A stretch of DNA of 48,896 nucleotides from Anaerolineae bacterium (GTDB taxonomy: Bacteria; Chloroflexota; Anaerolineae; Aggregatilineales; UBA3940), in the NCBI GenBank assembly GCA_034430335.1, contig DAOUES010000096.1:1-48896 (forward strand), read 5' to 3'. A model generated the notes under the pieces. The model did not search any database. It was not told the DNA's origin and was given only the letters and a program-made list of their open reading frames with translations. Shown one piece after another: positions 26,796 through 35,182 of the stretch. Made by a program: the position numbers and the translations under genes. Position 1 is the first letter of the stretch. Every line of letters begins with the position of its first letter.

Positions 26796-27129
26796 CTCGT
26801 TCTAACAGGTCTGGCGATGCCTCGAGCGTATACTGTGCGGGTTTTGAAGGCGCGTAGTACAGCCGCCAGGGAAGCGCTTCGATCTTGTCGACAACCTCGA
26901 AATCCGCGTTCAACCAGATCGCCGCGATAGGGAAAGCCATGAACAGCATATGGATCGCGGTTGCCATCTTGCTCTCGCCGGTTTCGACCAGTATCAGCCC
27001 TTCGCCCGGTTCGAGCCGCCGCCTGAACATCAGCCCGCGCAGCTTGCAGAAGTAGCTGCTGCACCAGCGCGCGTTGTCGAGCAGAATTTCGCCCGTCGAT
27101 TGTTTGATCAACTGTCCCGTTTTGTTCAC
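26752..27129 (-). CDS. DUF192-domain protein
   Basis: LRGLMFRRRLEPGEGLILV..IHMLFMAFPIAAIWLNADFEVV fits the DUF192/COG1430 pattern. GTG start. Confidence 0.7.
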   Translation of the reverse strand: MNKTGQLIKQSTGEILLDNARWCSSYFCKLRGLMFRRRLEPGEGLILVETGESKMATAIHMLFMAFPIAAIWLNADFEVVDKIEALPWRLYYAPSKPAQYTLEASPDLLERVEIGDRLAFESPSE

Positions 27130-27151
27130 CGTATATCAATCTCGACTCTGT

Positions 27152-27178
27152 AAAAAAGAAAGGGCGCAATGCGCCCCC
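27152..27178 (-). terminator. Rho-independent terminator of the orphan CheY-like gene
   Basis: On the minus strand: GGGGGCGC-ATT-GCGCCC followed by TTTCTTTTTT. Confidence 0.8.
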
Positions 27179-27214
27179 AAATATCGATACCACTCTCGTT
27201 ATCGGCGGTTGCTA

Positions 27215-27628
27215 TCAGTCGCTGCTTTCTGATTCGGATTCGTCGCCGAGAACGCGCTCGATGCTCTTGATCAATTCCGCCGGACTGAACGGCTTGGTGA
27301 TATAATCCTGAACCTTTGCGATGTGCAGTCCCAGCACCTTGTCGATGTTTTGAGCTTTGGCGGTAATGACGATGACCGGGATTTGCTGCATGTACTCGTC
27401 AGCCTTCATCTGCTGGTAGACATCCCAACCATTCATGTCTGGCATCATCAGGTCTAACAATACCAGGTCTGGTTTGAGCTTCTGAATCGACTCCAGCCCT
27501 TCCCTACCGCCGAGCGCTCCAACTACCTCGAATCCCCTGTTCTTGAGGATTAGGGTAACCAGATCGATCATCGCAGGTTCATCTTCGATGCATACCACAA
27601 CACGCTGTTTGTCTGGCTGCTCGGACAT
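27215..27628 (-). CDS. Single-domain (CheY-like) response regulator, paralog of 8581-9018
   Basis: IEDEP..KPDLVLLDLMMPDMNGWDVY..VIVITAK..YITKPF. It shares the KPDL.(I/L)LD..MPD..GW.VY and YITKPF strings with the 8581 protein. Confidence 0.88.
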   Translation of the reverse strand: MSEQPDKQRVVVCIEDEPAMIDLVTLILKNRGFEVVGALGGREGLESIQKLKPDLVLLDLMMPDMNGWDVYQQMKADEYMQQIPVIVITAKAQNIDKVLGLHIAKVQDYITKPFSPAELIKSIERVLGDESESESSD

Positions 27629-27812
27629 AGTTCCCTCGATTTACGGAAAAGTGTCTTTAATTAACAATTGAAAATATGTAAGCCGATCAATCACCAGTAT
27701 TGTACTTCAATTGAATTGTAATATACAAGTTTGCTATAAATACAATCTCGCTCATTTCGAGGCTGGCAACTGGCTGATGACAGAATTTACATTTTTCAAA
27801 ACTCTAGCATGA

Positions 27813-30704
27813 TTAATCTTTTAGTTCAAGCCACTTGACGGCGGCATCCGGCAGACTCGCCATGCTCTTGCGGAGCACCGTACAGCGCGGCAGCGAATCG
27901 AGGATCAACGCGCCATACCGTTTGCTGAGTATTCTACGGTCGAAAATGGCGACCACGCCCCGGTCGTCCTTGCGCCTGATCAAGCGCCCGAACCCCTGCC
28001 GGAAGCGAAGGATCGTTTCCGGCAAAGCATACTGGTGGAACGGGTCGTCGAACAGTTCACTGCGGGCGGCGAAGATCGGCTCGCTGGGCACGTTGAACGG
28101 CAGCCGGACGATCACCAGGATGCTCAAATCGGTGCCGGGCACGTCCACCCCTTCCCAGAAAGACCGGGTGCCCATCAGCACTGCTTTCTCGCTGTGGACA
28201 AATCCTTCCAGAAGCTGCGACCGGCTCGACCCGGCGCTCTGATCGTAAACCGCAATGCCATCCCGTGAAAGCGGCTCGCCGATGGCATTCGCGGTCGCCC
28301 TCAGTTGGGCGTAGCTGGTGAACAGCACCATCGTCTGTCCCTGGGTTGCCCGGCACAGCTCGATCAACCCGCTCTCGACCGCCTTCTGATAGGCATCTTT
28401 GTCTGTCGGTTCGGGGATGTCGTTGACGAGGTACAACAGCGTGTTTGACTCGTAATCGAACGGCGAATCGATCACGAGGTCGTCGGCGTCTTCGGCGGCG
28501 AGGCGCTCGCGGATATAGGTAAAATTACCCTCGGTTCGCATCGTCGCGCTGGTCATGACCAGCGTCTCTTTTTTCATCCACAGGTGATCCCGCACCAGCG
28601 GGCCGATGTCGAGCGGCGCGGCATGAACCGACAACTGCTGACCATCCGGGCGGATCGCCGCCCAGTAGACGGTATTGCCGTCGGGTTCGGCGACCAGTTC
28701 GTGAAGCCGTACGTGTAGTTCCGTCAAACGCCGGGCAGTGGCGCTCGCCCCGGCGATGGTGTCCTCGAAATCGGGGATGTCGTACTCTTGCAGTTCGCTT
28801 AATCCCTGAACCAGCTTTTGCATCGCGTAGGCAATCGTGTCGGTGAATTTCGAAAGGTTGTCCCAGGCGATTTCCACGTCGGCCCAGGCGGGCTGGCGGC
28901 GCATCGCGTTGATCAGGCGTATCTGCTGCGTATACTCGTTCCGCCGGATGGCAACATGGTTCTCGATGAAGGTCCACAGTGTCGAAAAGAAGCGGTCGAC
29001 ATGCACGTTCATCGTGCTGGCAGCGTTGACGATCACGTCGACATAATCATGCAGGGTTTGATAATAGCCCGCCGGGATTACGTCCCTGGTCTGGCTGAGT
29101 AATTCGCCTAACAAACCGGTCTTTCCCGTTCCGAGATCGGCGATCAGCCGCACGATATGCTCCGGGTCGGTTCTGAACGACAGGCTGTTGGTCACCGCCC
29201 CCTCGAGCTGGTGCGCCTCGTCGACGATCAGGTGCCGGTAGTCGGGCAGAACCCGCCCCTCGGTGGCGATATCTGAAAGCAGCAGCGAGTGATTGACGAT
29301 CAGGATATGGGCGGCTTCGGCCTGCTGCCTTGCCCGGAAGAACGGGCAGGTGCCCCGCATCTGGATCGAGCAGCGTTCGGCAGTGCAGCCTTCATCTTCC
29401 GCGCTCAACCGCCGCCAGACGCTCGATTCGGCGGGGCCTCTCAAGGTGATGTCGCTGCGATTGCCGGTTCGAACTTCGAGCATCCAGACCAGCAGTTTTG
29501 CCAGCATGTGCATCTCTGCCGGGGAAGTCGGGCCGCGCCGCCGGAGCACCGACAGCCTGCGCGGGCACAGGTAGTTGCTCCTCCCTTTCAGGATCGCCGC
29601 CCGGAACGGCAGATCGAGGAGTTCTGCCAGCATCGGGATATCTTTTTTGTCCAGTTGTTCCTGGAGGTTGATCGTATTCGTGCTGATCACCACCCGGTCG
29701 TCGTTCTTCACGGCGTACTCAATCGCCGGAACCAGGTAGGCAATCGACTTTCCGACACCGGTCGGCGCTTCGATCAGCAGGTGCCGCCCGTTTGAAAAAG
29801 CCTGGGCGACCTGTTTCAGCATCTCGACCTGCTGTGGCCGGTACTCGTAGGCATCGAAAGACCGGTCGAACAGTCCCCCCGGTTCCAGCAAGGCCGCCAG
29901 TTGATCGGCGTCGATGCGCTGCGGCGATTCGGCTGGGCGCAGTCTCTTGTAGCCCGTCTCCGCTTCCTCGAACACCAGTGTCGGCCCATCCGGCGACAGC
30001 TCGTCCGCTGCCGGATTCTCTTTGTATCGTTCCTCCATTGCCGCTTCGAATGCCAGCGCGCCGTCCCAGTGCATGTTTCTGCTGTGCCGGGCGATCTCGG
30101 CCAGGGTTTCGAGGGGGAGGGTCAATATCCTCGCCCATAGTTCCTGATACAGGGCGATTGTCATGTGCACGTCGTTGAGGGCGCGGTGTGCGCCCGCGGT
30201 GTCGATCTCGAGATGGGATGAGAGTGAAAACAGGGAATAGCGTGCGGCTGAGGGCATCATCACCGAAGCGAGAGAATAGGTATCGATCAGCGGGTTGGCG
30301 AGGTTCAGCCCGGCGTTCCGAATGAAGGCCGCGTCGAAGCTGATGTTGTGCCCGATGATGGGATGGTGGCCGACAAACCTTTCGAGTTTCGGTAAAACGG
30401 TCCGGATCGATGGCGCGTCGGCGACATCTGCGTCGGATATCCCGGTTATTTGAGTGATGTTCTGCGGAATGGAACACTTCGGATCGACAAAGGTCTGCCA
30501 TTCGTCGATGATTTCGTCGGCGCGGAACTTTGCGGCGGCAATCTCGATGATTCGATCATACGCGGGGTCCAGGCCGGTCGTTTCCAGGTCAACTGCGACG
30601 AGTGTGTCGCGCACGGAAGAGCCTTTCTCGTGAAGCGGATTTAAGGAATTAGGACTTACGCAGGAAAAATGATTTTTATATCTGAAACTTGTGGGTAGGG
30701 GCAC
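27813..30704 (-). CDS. dinG: DinG-family helicase with an N-terminal DnaQ-like 3'-5' exonuclease domain
   Basis: Exo motifs VAVDLETTGLDP, GHNISFD and HRALNDV. Helicase motifs EAPTGVGKS, DEAH (LIVDEAHQL) and four Cys in the Fe-S region (CPRR..CTAERC..CPFF). The start may instead be the GTG at 30614 (VRDTLVAVD). Confidence 0.88.
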   Translation of the reverse strand: MPLPTSFRYKNHFSCVSPNSLNPLHEKGSSVRDTLVAVDLETTGLDPAYDRIIEIAAAKFRADEIIDEWQTFVDPKCSIPQNITQITGISDADVADAPSIRTVLPKLERFVGHHPIIGHNISFDAAFIRNAGLNLANPLIDTYSLASVMMPSAARYSLFSLSSHLEIDTAGAHRALNDVHMTIALYQELWARILTLPLETLAEIARHSRNMHWDGALAFEAAMEERYKENPAADELSPDGPTLVFEEAETGYKRLRPAESPQRIDADQLAALLEPGGLFDRSFDAYEYRPQQVEMLKQVAQAFSNGRHLLIEAPTGVGKSIAYLVPAIEYAVKNDDRVVISTNTINLQEQLDKKDIPMLAELLDLPFRAAILKGRSNYLCPRRLSVLRRRGPTSPAEMHMLAKLLVWMLEVRTGNRSDITLRGPAESSVWRRLSAEDEGCTAERCSIQMRGTCPFFRARQQAEAAHILIVNHSLLLSDIATEGRVLPDYRHLIVDEAHQLEGAVTNSLSFRTDPEHIVRLIADLGTGKTGLLGELLSQTRDVIPAGYYQTLHDYVDVIVNAASTMNVHVDRFFSTLWTFIENHVAIRRNEYTQQIRLINAMRRQPAWADVEIAWDNLSKFTDTIAYAMQKLVQGLSELQEYDIPDFEDTIAGASATARRLTELHVRLHELVAEPDGNTVYWAAIRPDGQQLSVHAAPLDIGPLVRDHLWMKKETLVMTSATMRTEGNFTYIRERLAAEDADDLVIDSPFDYESNTLLYLVNDIPEPTDKDAYQKAVESGLIELCRATQGQTMVLFTSYAQLRATANAIGEPLSRDGIAVYDQSAGSSRSQLLEGFVHSEKAVLMGTRSFWEGVDVPGTDLSILVIVRLPFNVPSEPIFAARSELFDDPFHQYALPETILRFRQGFGRLIRRKDDRGVVAIFDRRILSKRYGALILDSLPRCTVLRKSMASLPDAAVKWLELKD

Positions 30705-30800
30705 AGCGTGCTGTGCCCGGCTGCGTAAGTCCTGGAATGTACAATCGTAACGAAGCAGTCCGGTAGATGCAAACCGATCCCGGCAGCACTGGCCGGGTTA

Positions 30801-31313
30801 TCAGCGGGTCGACTGCCAGTTGATGTGGCAGTGTTCCTCCAGCGCAACCAGCAGCGCCTCGTAGCCTTCGATTGCCTCCGGCGTGACGATGATCGTCTGC
30901 CGGAAACCCTGTCCATATACGAGGCCCGGCAGCCGGTTCAAAAGGGACAATCCTTCGTGGACGCTGATGCTGGCGACCTCGATATGCGTGTCCGTATCGC
31001 CCGATTCGTGCGTGAACACCAGCACCCGGTTGATTGCATCCCAGGGAACAAATCGTTCCGGCAGCAGCAGCCGATCGATGAGCAGGCCGTACTCCGTCAC
31101 CGAGATTTCGCACACCGAAACCAGCGCGCTGATCGCGACATAGACCAGGAAAAGCAGCGCGAGGAACTCGACGACCCGCACCCTGGGTGTAATCACCCAG
31201 CCGCACAACAAGACGACCCCTATCATGACCACCGGGAGCCACAACCGGATACGCGGCCTGGTGAATCGGTGAGTCGATAGTGTTTTTCCAACCAGTTCCG
31301 TACGATTTTTCAC
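30801..31313 (-). CDS. Hypothetical membrane protein (2 TM plus a possibly PH-like small domain)
   Basis: 170 aa with two hydrophobic helices. I recognise no motif. Confidence 0.5.
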   Translation of the reverse strand: MKNRTELVGKTLSTHRFTRPRIRLWLPVVMIGVVLLCGWVITPRVRVVEFLALLFLVYVAISALVSVCEISVTEYGLLIDRLLLPERFVPWDAINRVLVFTHESGDTDTHIEVASISVHEGLSLLNRLPGLVYGQGFRQTIIVTPEAIEGYEALLVALEEHCHINWQSTR

Positions 31314-31444
31314 TGTTTTTCTGATAGTTTTGTTTGCAGTTTGAACGACTCGTCCTGTATTATGCTATGTGATGAAATGTATATCCCAAAATCCGGATCA
31401 ATGCTATGGATTTCCCCGAAACAGGGTGGGTTGGTTGTGGTGGT

Positions 31445-31580
31445 CGCACTGCAAAATAACGTGGACAACCCGTTTTGCCCCCTCAAACCCGGCTTTTCGC
31501 GCTCAGGGTTTAAGTCCCCTCGCCTTGAGGGAGAGGGGATTTAGGGGTGAGGGCAGGGAACCACGCTGTTCTGTGGTGCT
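31445..31580 (+). repeat. MITE-like 136-bp element, full copy 3 (family A)
   Basis: It aligns colinearly with 8298-8433 (11 mismatches, no gaps, by hand) with the same terminal inverted repeats. It ends 32 nt upstream of the REC-HK gene ATG. Confidence 0.8.
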
Positions 31581-31612
31581 GCCGTTGTGGTTTATTGTGA
31601 GAATAACTATCA

Positions 31613-32821
31613 ATGACTGATAACCAGTTTCAGGAATCTCCTGCTGAAATGCCTCTGCTGAAACCAGCCGAGGATTGTTCTATTCTGATTGTCGACGACG
31701 ACGAGCGCATTCTCGATGTTTTTACGACGATCTTATCGCGGCATGGGTATCAGGTCTATTCGACACAGAATGGAAAACCTGCGCTCGAACTGATCGGCGA
31801 GATACACCCGGATGTGATCGTTCTGGATGTGGTTCTGCCCGATATCGACGGCATCGAAGTCTGTCGCATCGTTAAAGAGAATCCTTCGACCCGGTTTGTC
31901 CCGGTGATCCTCATCACCGGCCTGGATACGCGCAGCCGCCGCCTCGAAGGGTTGAATGCTGGCGCGGACGATTTCCTGAACAAGCCGATTGATCCCCTCG
32001 AGCTTACCGCCCGTGTCCGGTCGTCGCTGAGGACCAAGTTGCTCTATGACGAAGTCGAGGCCAGCCGCCGCGACCTGGAGCGGCGTGTCGATGAACGCAC
32101 CCAGGAACTCAGCCGGGCTAACCGGCGCTTGGAAGAGCTTGGGCAGGTCAAGAGCAAAGTGCTTTCGGTGGTTGCCCATGAACTGCGGACGCCTATTCAC
32201 CAGGTGAAACTGGCTGTAAATCTTGCCTTGCAGGAAGACATCGATCATGGCGAAAGGCAGGAATTAGCCAGGGATATCCAGACCGCCTTTACCGGTCTTG
32301 AATATCGTCTGGCCGAAATCGAGCAGTTGAGTGACCCCACCGATTTGAAATGCACCGACTCCTCGATCAACACGGTGATCGCCGCTGCCATTGCCCAGGT
32401 TCAGAAGCTTTCCGGCATTGACGAGGAATCGATCCTGCTCAACCTCGAAAGCCACCTGCCGCCGGTCTATATCGATCCCAGGCGGATCACGCGGGCTGTA
32501 GCTCATCTCATCGACAATGCCAACAAGTTCGGTGAAGGTAAACCGATCTCGATTTCTACCTATTCGGATCGAACATATGTGTGTGTCTGCATCGAAGATC
32601 ACGGAACCGGTATTTCGGAGGAGATCAAACCGAACCTGTTTTCACCGCTTGAAGCCGGTGACAACAGTGACACCCGCCGCTACGGTGGAATGGGAATCGG
32701 GTTGGCGTTTGCCAAAGCGATATTCGATGCACACCAGATTGCTTTTTCGATAGACAGCCTGGAGGGAGAGGGAACGACGGTAATGATCTACATCCCTGTC
32801 CGGGAAACTGGCGGCGAATGA
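31613..32821 (+). CDS. Hybrid protein: N-terminal receiver domain fused to HisKA and HATPase_c
   Basis: ILIVDDDERIL..VIVLDVVLPDIDG..NKPI, coiled coil, then H-box AHELRTPIHQV, N-box HLIDNANKF and G-boxes DHGTGI and GMGIGLA. An alternative start is the ATG at 31649. Confidence 0.88.
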   Translation: MTDNQFQESPAEMPLLKPAEDCSILIVDDDERILDVFTTILSRHGYQVYSTQNGKPALELIGEIHPDVIVLDVVLPDIDGIEVCRIVKENPSTRFVPVILITGLDTRSRRLEGLNAGADDFLNKPIDPLELTARVRSSLRTKLLYDEVEASRRDLERRVDERTQELSRANRRLEELGQVKSKVLSVVAHELRTPIHQVKLAVNLALQEDIDHGERQELARDIQTAFTGLEYRLAEIEQLSDPTDLKCTDSSINTVIAAAIAQVQKLSGIDEESILLNLESHLPPVYIDPRRITRAVAHLIDNANKFGEGKPISISTYSDRTYVCVCIEDHGTGISEEIKPNLFSPLEAGDNSDTRRYGGMGIGLAFAKAIFDAHQIAFSIDSLEGEGTTVMIYIPVRETGGE

Positions 32822-34042
32822 TCAGGAACGTGCTGCCTCTTTCTTGGCCGCCTTCTTCAACGTATCAGGAAGCTGGCACAGGTGAATCCGGTCATGTTTG
32901 ACCATGAACCTGACCAGTTCCTCAAGCGAAGTCGGGCCGAAAACCGAATCGCGTGCCGGGCGCTGCCAATCGTCCGCTGACAGGCTCCTCAAATACGCGA
33001 TGGTCTGCCTGCGTGCCTCGGCGAACTCGCTCAACGCTTCAGAAAACGTGACCCCGCAGTAGGACTCGTAGTTTGCCCAGGGATCGAGGTTCGAAGTCAG
33101 GAAGGGATCGTCTTCTTCGACCACTGTTTGCAATCGTTCCTGATCCCATGCTTCATGGTCCCGTAGGTGGCAGATGATATCCCGCGCTGACCACTCCTTT
33201 GATTTTGGGCAGCAGCAGATGACATTTTCGTCGTGCTGCCCGGCCATTGTATCGAATACCGCCGGGTGTGCGGCCAGCAGTGCCAGCAGCGAATCAATCG
33301 ATTCGTCCTGCTCGTCGAGAGTTTGCAGCCACCCGTCGTGTGCCAGTTCGACGAACTGCGAATAGGAGCCGCTGCCGTCCAGCCGCACCGTTTCGTCAGG
33401 TGGGGGATCGCCGTTCTCGGTGACCCAGTACGTGTGCAGCCCTGCCGCCGCCGCCCCGATCATGTCGTCTTCCCACGAATCGCCGATCATGATCGCCTCG
33501 GATGGCTTGACGCCCAGCCCGGCGGCGATCTCGGCGTAATATTCGGCATGGGGTTTTCCGAAGTGCATCGTTTCGAGCGATGTCACCGCTTCGAACCTGT
33601 AATCAGGTTGAAATATCTCTCCCCACGCCATCCGCTGGCCCGTCGCCAGCATCGGCAGGCCGGGGTTGGTCGCAACGATGACGTGGTAGCCATCGTCGAA
33701 CAGCCGCTCCAGCAGCGCCGGGGTTTCAGGACGGGGTTTGACAACCGATTCGAGCACCGGGTAGCGCTTCAGGTAGAACTCGTTGAAGTGGTCGATCATC
33801 GCCTCTCTTGGCTGCCCTATCACCTGGGTGAAGCGGTCGAAGAAGCGAGTCTCCAGTGTTTTAGTGGGGTTGTATTCGTCGAGAATGTGGTAAAAGGTTT
33901 GCAGCAGATGGTCGACAAATACCTGGGGATCGGCCAGCTTTGCGGAAAACATGCCCAGTTCGGAAAGATAGGTGGAGTATATGGCGCTGGTATCGGTAGA
34001 AATTAACGTGTCGTCAAGGTCAAGCAGCACCGCCTTGATCAT
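32822..34042 (-). CDS. HAD-superfamily hydrolase fused to a C-terminal DinB-like domain
   Basis: HAD motif I LLDLDDTLI and motif IV GDSWEDD. The C-terminal HLRDHE...HDRIH pattern resembles the DinB_2 His triad. Confidence 0.7.
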   Translation of the reverse strand: MIKAVLLDLDDTLISTDTSAIYSTYLSELGMFSAKLADPQVFVDHLLQTFYHILDEYNPTKTLETRFFDRFTQVIGQPREAMIDHFNEFYLKRYPVLESVVKPRPETPALLERLFDDGYHVIVATNPGLPMLATGQRMAWGEIFQPDYRFEAVTSLETMHFGKPHAEYYAEIAAGLGVKPSEAIMIGDSWEDDMIGAAAAGLHTYWVTENGDPPPDETVRLDGSGSYSQFVELAHDGWLQTLDEQDESIDSLLALLAAHPAVFDTMAGQHDENVICCCPKSKEWSARDIICHLRDHEAWDQERLQTVVEEDDPFLTSNLDPWANYESYCGVTFSEALSEFAEARRQTIAYLRSLSADDWQRPARDSVFGPTSLEELVRFMVKHDRIHLCQLPDTLKKAAKKEAARS

Positions 34043-34389
34043 CGGTCATCCTCCGGGGATAGAAAGTCGGATAGCTGGGGTTTCTCGGCTGCGCATAACT
34101 CGCAGCCCACGTAGGGATCGTCTATCGACATTTCGTGCTTGCCGCACCATGCCGTGACCTCGACCTTCCGCCCCAACCCGACAACCCCGGCTGTAACACG
34201 CGCTTTCAGGTCAAGGTATTCGCTGGCGTTTGCCCATAGGATCGCCGGTACGGGGCAGCGCTCGCAGTCGTTCGGCTGCCAGTGCAGGGTTTTGGCCGAT
34301 TGTTTGATCAGTCGACATTCCTGTACGTTTCTGCCGCGATGGAAATCCTCGTAGTAGTACCGGCATTCTTTTCCGGCAGGCGTGATCAT
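34039..34389 (-). CDS. Cys-rich small protein (7 Cys, two CxxC), unknown function
   Basis: I start the gene at MITPAGKECRYYYEDF (ATG at 34387-34389, GGAGAAATCGT RBS). CERC and CELC pairs are present. Its stop overlaps the HAD-DinB start (ATGA). Confidence 0.55.
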   Translation of the reverse strand: MITPAGKECRYYYEDFHRGRNVQECRLIKQSAKTLHWQPNDCERCPVPAILWANASEYLDLKARVTAGVVGLGRKVEVTAWCGKHEMSIDDPYVGCELCAAEKPQLSDFLSPEDDR

Positions 34390-34486
34390 ACGATTTCTCC
34401 AATCACCGAACCGAACGCCCCTGTTGGCGCTTGCAGGGGCGTTTTGATCCTTACGCAAAAACACAGTTTAGCGATGTGGGTACAGC

Positions 34487-35044
34487 CTAAACACGGGTCA
34501 CGTAATCGCCGTTGCGCGTATCGATCCGGATCACGTCGCCCACGTTTACAAACAGGGGGACGGTGACTTTCAACCCGGTAACGGTGATCACCTGTTTGGT
34601 CGCCCCCGTCGCCGTGTCACCCGCGACCGCCATTTCTGACTCGGCGACCTCCTGTTCGACCGTCGCCGGAAGCTCGAAGTCGATGATCTCGCTCTCGAAT
34701 GAAGACAGCTTCAACTGCTGGTTCTCGGTCAGGTAGAGAACGTCGTCGCCGAACACTTCCGCGCTGATCTGGGGCTGTTCGAAAGTTTCGACATTCATGA
34801 AATGCAGGAACTCGTCGTCGCTGTACAGGTATTCGACGACCGCCGTTTCGAGCCGGACGTTCTGTACGCGGTCACCTGAGTTGTAAGTGACTTCGCGGGT
34901 AGTGCCGGTTCGCAGGTTGCGTACCATTACCCGGATGGTCGCTTTTCCTCGGCCTGGTTTGTGGTGGTGATATTCGAGGACTTTGTATAGCTCGCCCTCT
35001 TGTGTGTAGGTCACACCTCGGCGAAGCTCATTGACATCGATCAT
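34487..35044 (-). CDS. efp: Translation elongation factor P
   Basis: MIDVNELRRGVTY..YKVLEYHHHKPGRGKATIRVMVRNLRTG.., 185 aa with a three-domain layout. The tip residue of the KPGxG loop is Arg (codon cga, plus strand 34939-34941). Confidence 0.95.
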   Translation of the reverse strand: MIDVNELRRGVTYTQEGELYKVLEYHHHKPGRGKATIRVMVRNLRTGTTREVTYNSGDRVQNVRLETAVVEYLYSDDEFLHFMNVETFEQPQISAEVFGDDVLYLTENQQLKLSSFESEIIDFELPATVEQEVAESEMAVAGDTATGATKQVITVTGLKVTVPLFVNVGDVIRIDTRNGDYVTRV

Positions 35045-35093
35045 ACTGAAATTATCTCCAGGATATTGGTTTAAGTTTGAATTATCACCGGCG

Positions 35094-35123
35094 ATTATAG
35101 CGTGAGGGTGTCACCGCATACAA
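35094..35123 (-). promoter_or_regulatory. Candidate promoter of efp
   Basis: On the minus strand: TTGTAT, 18 nt, TATAAT, about 50 nt upstream of the efp ATG. Confidence 0.5.
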
Positions 35124-35182
35124 GCCGCCACTATGAGGGGCGGGCCTCGTGCCCGCTCAGGGTCCGACGCAAGCCGCCAACT

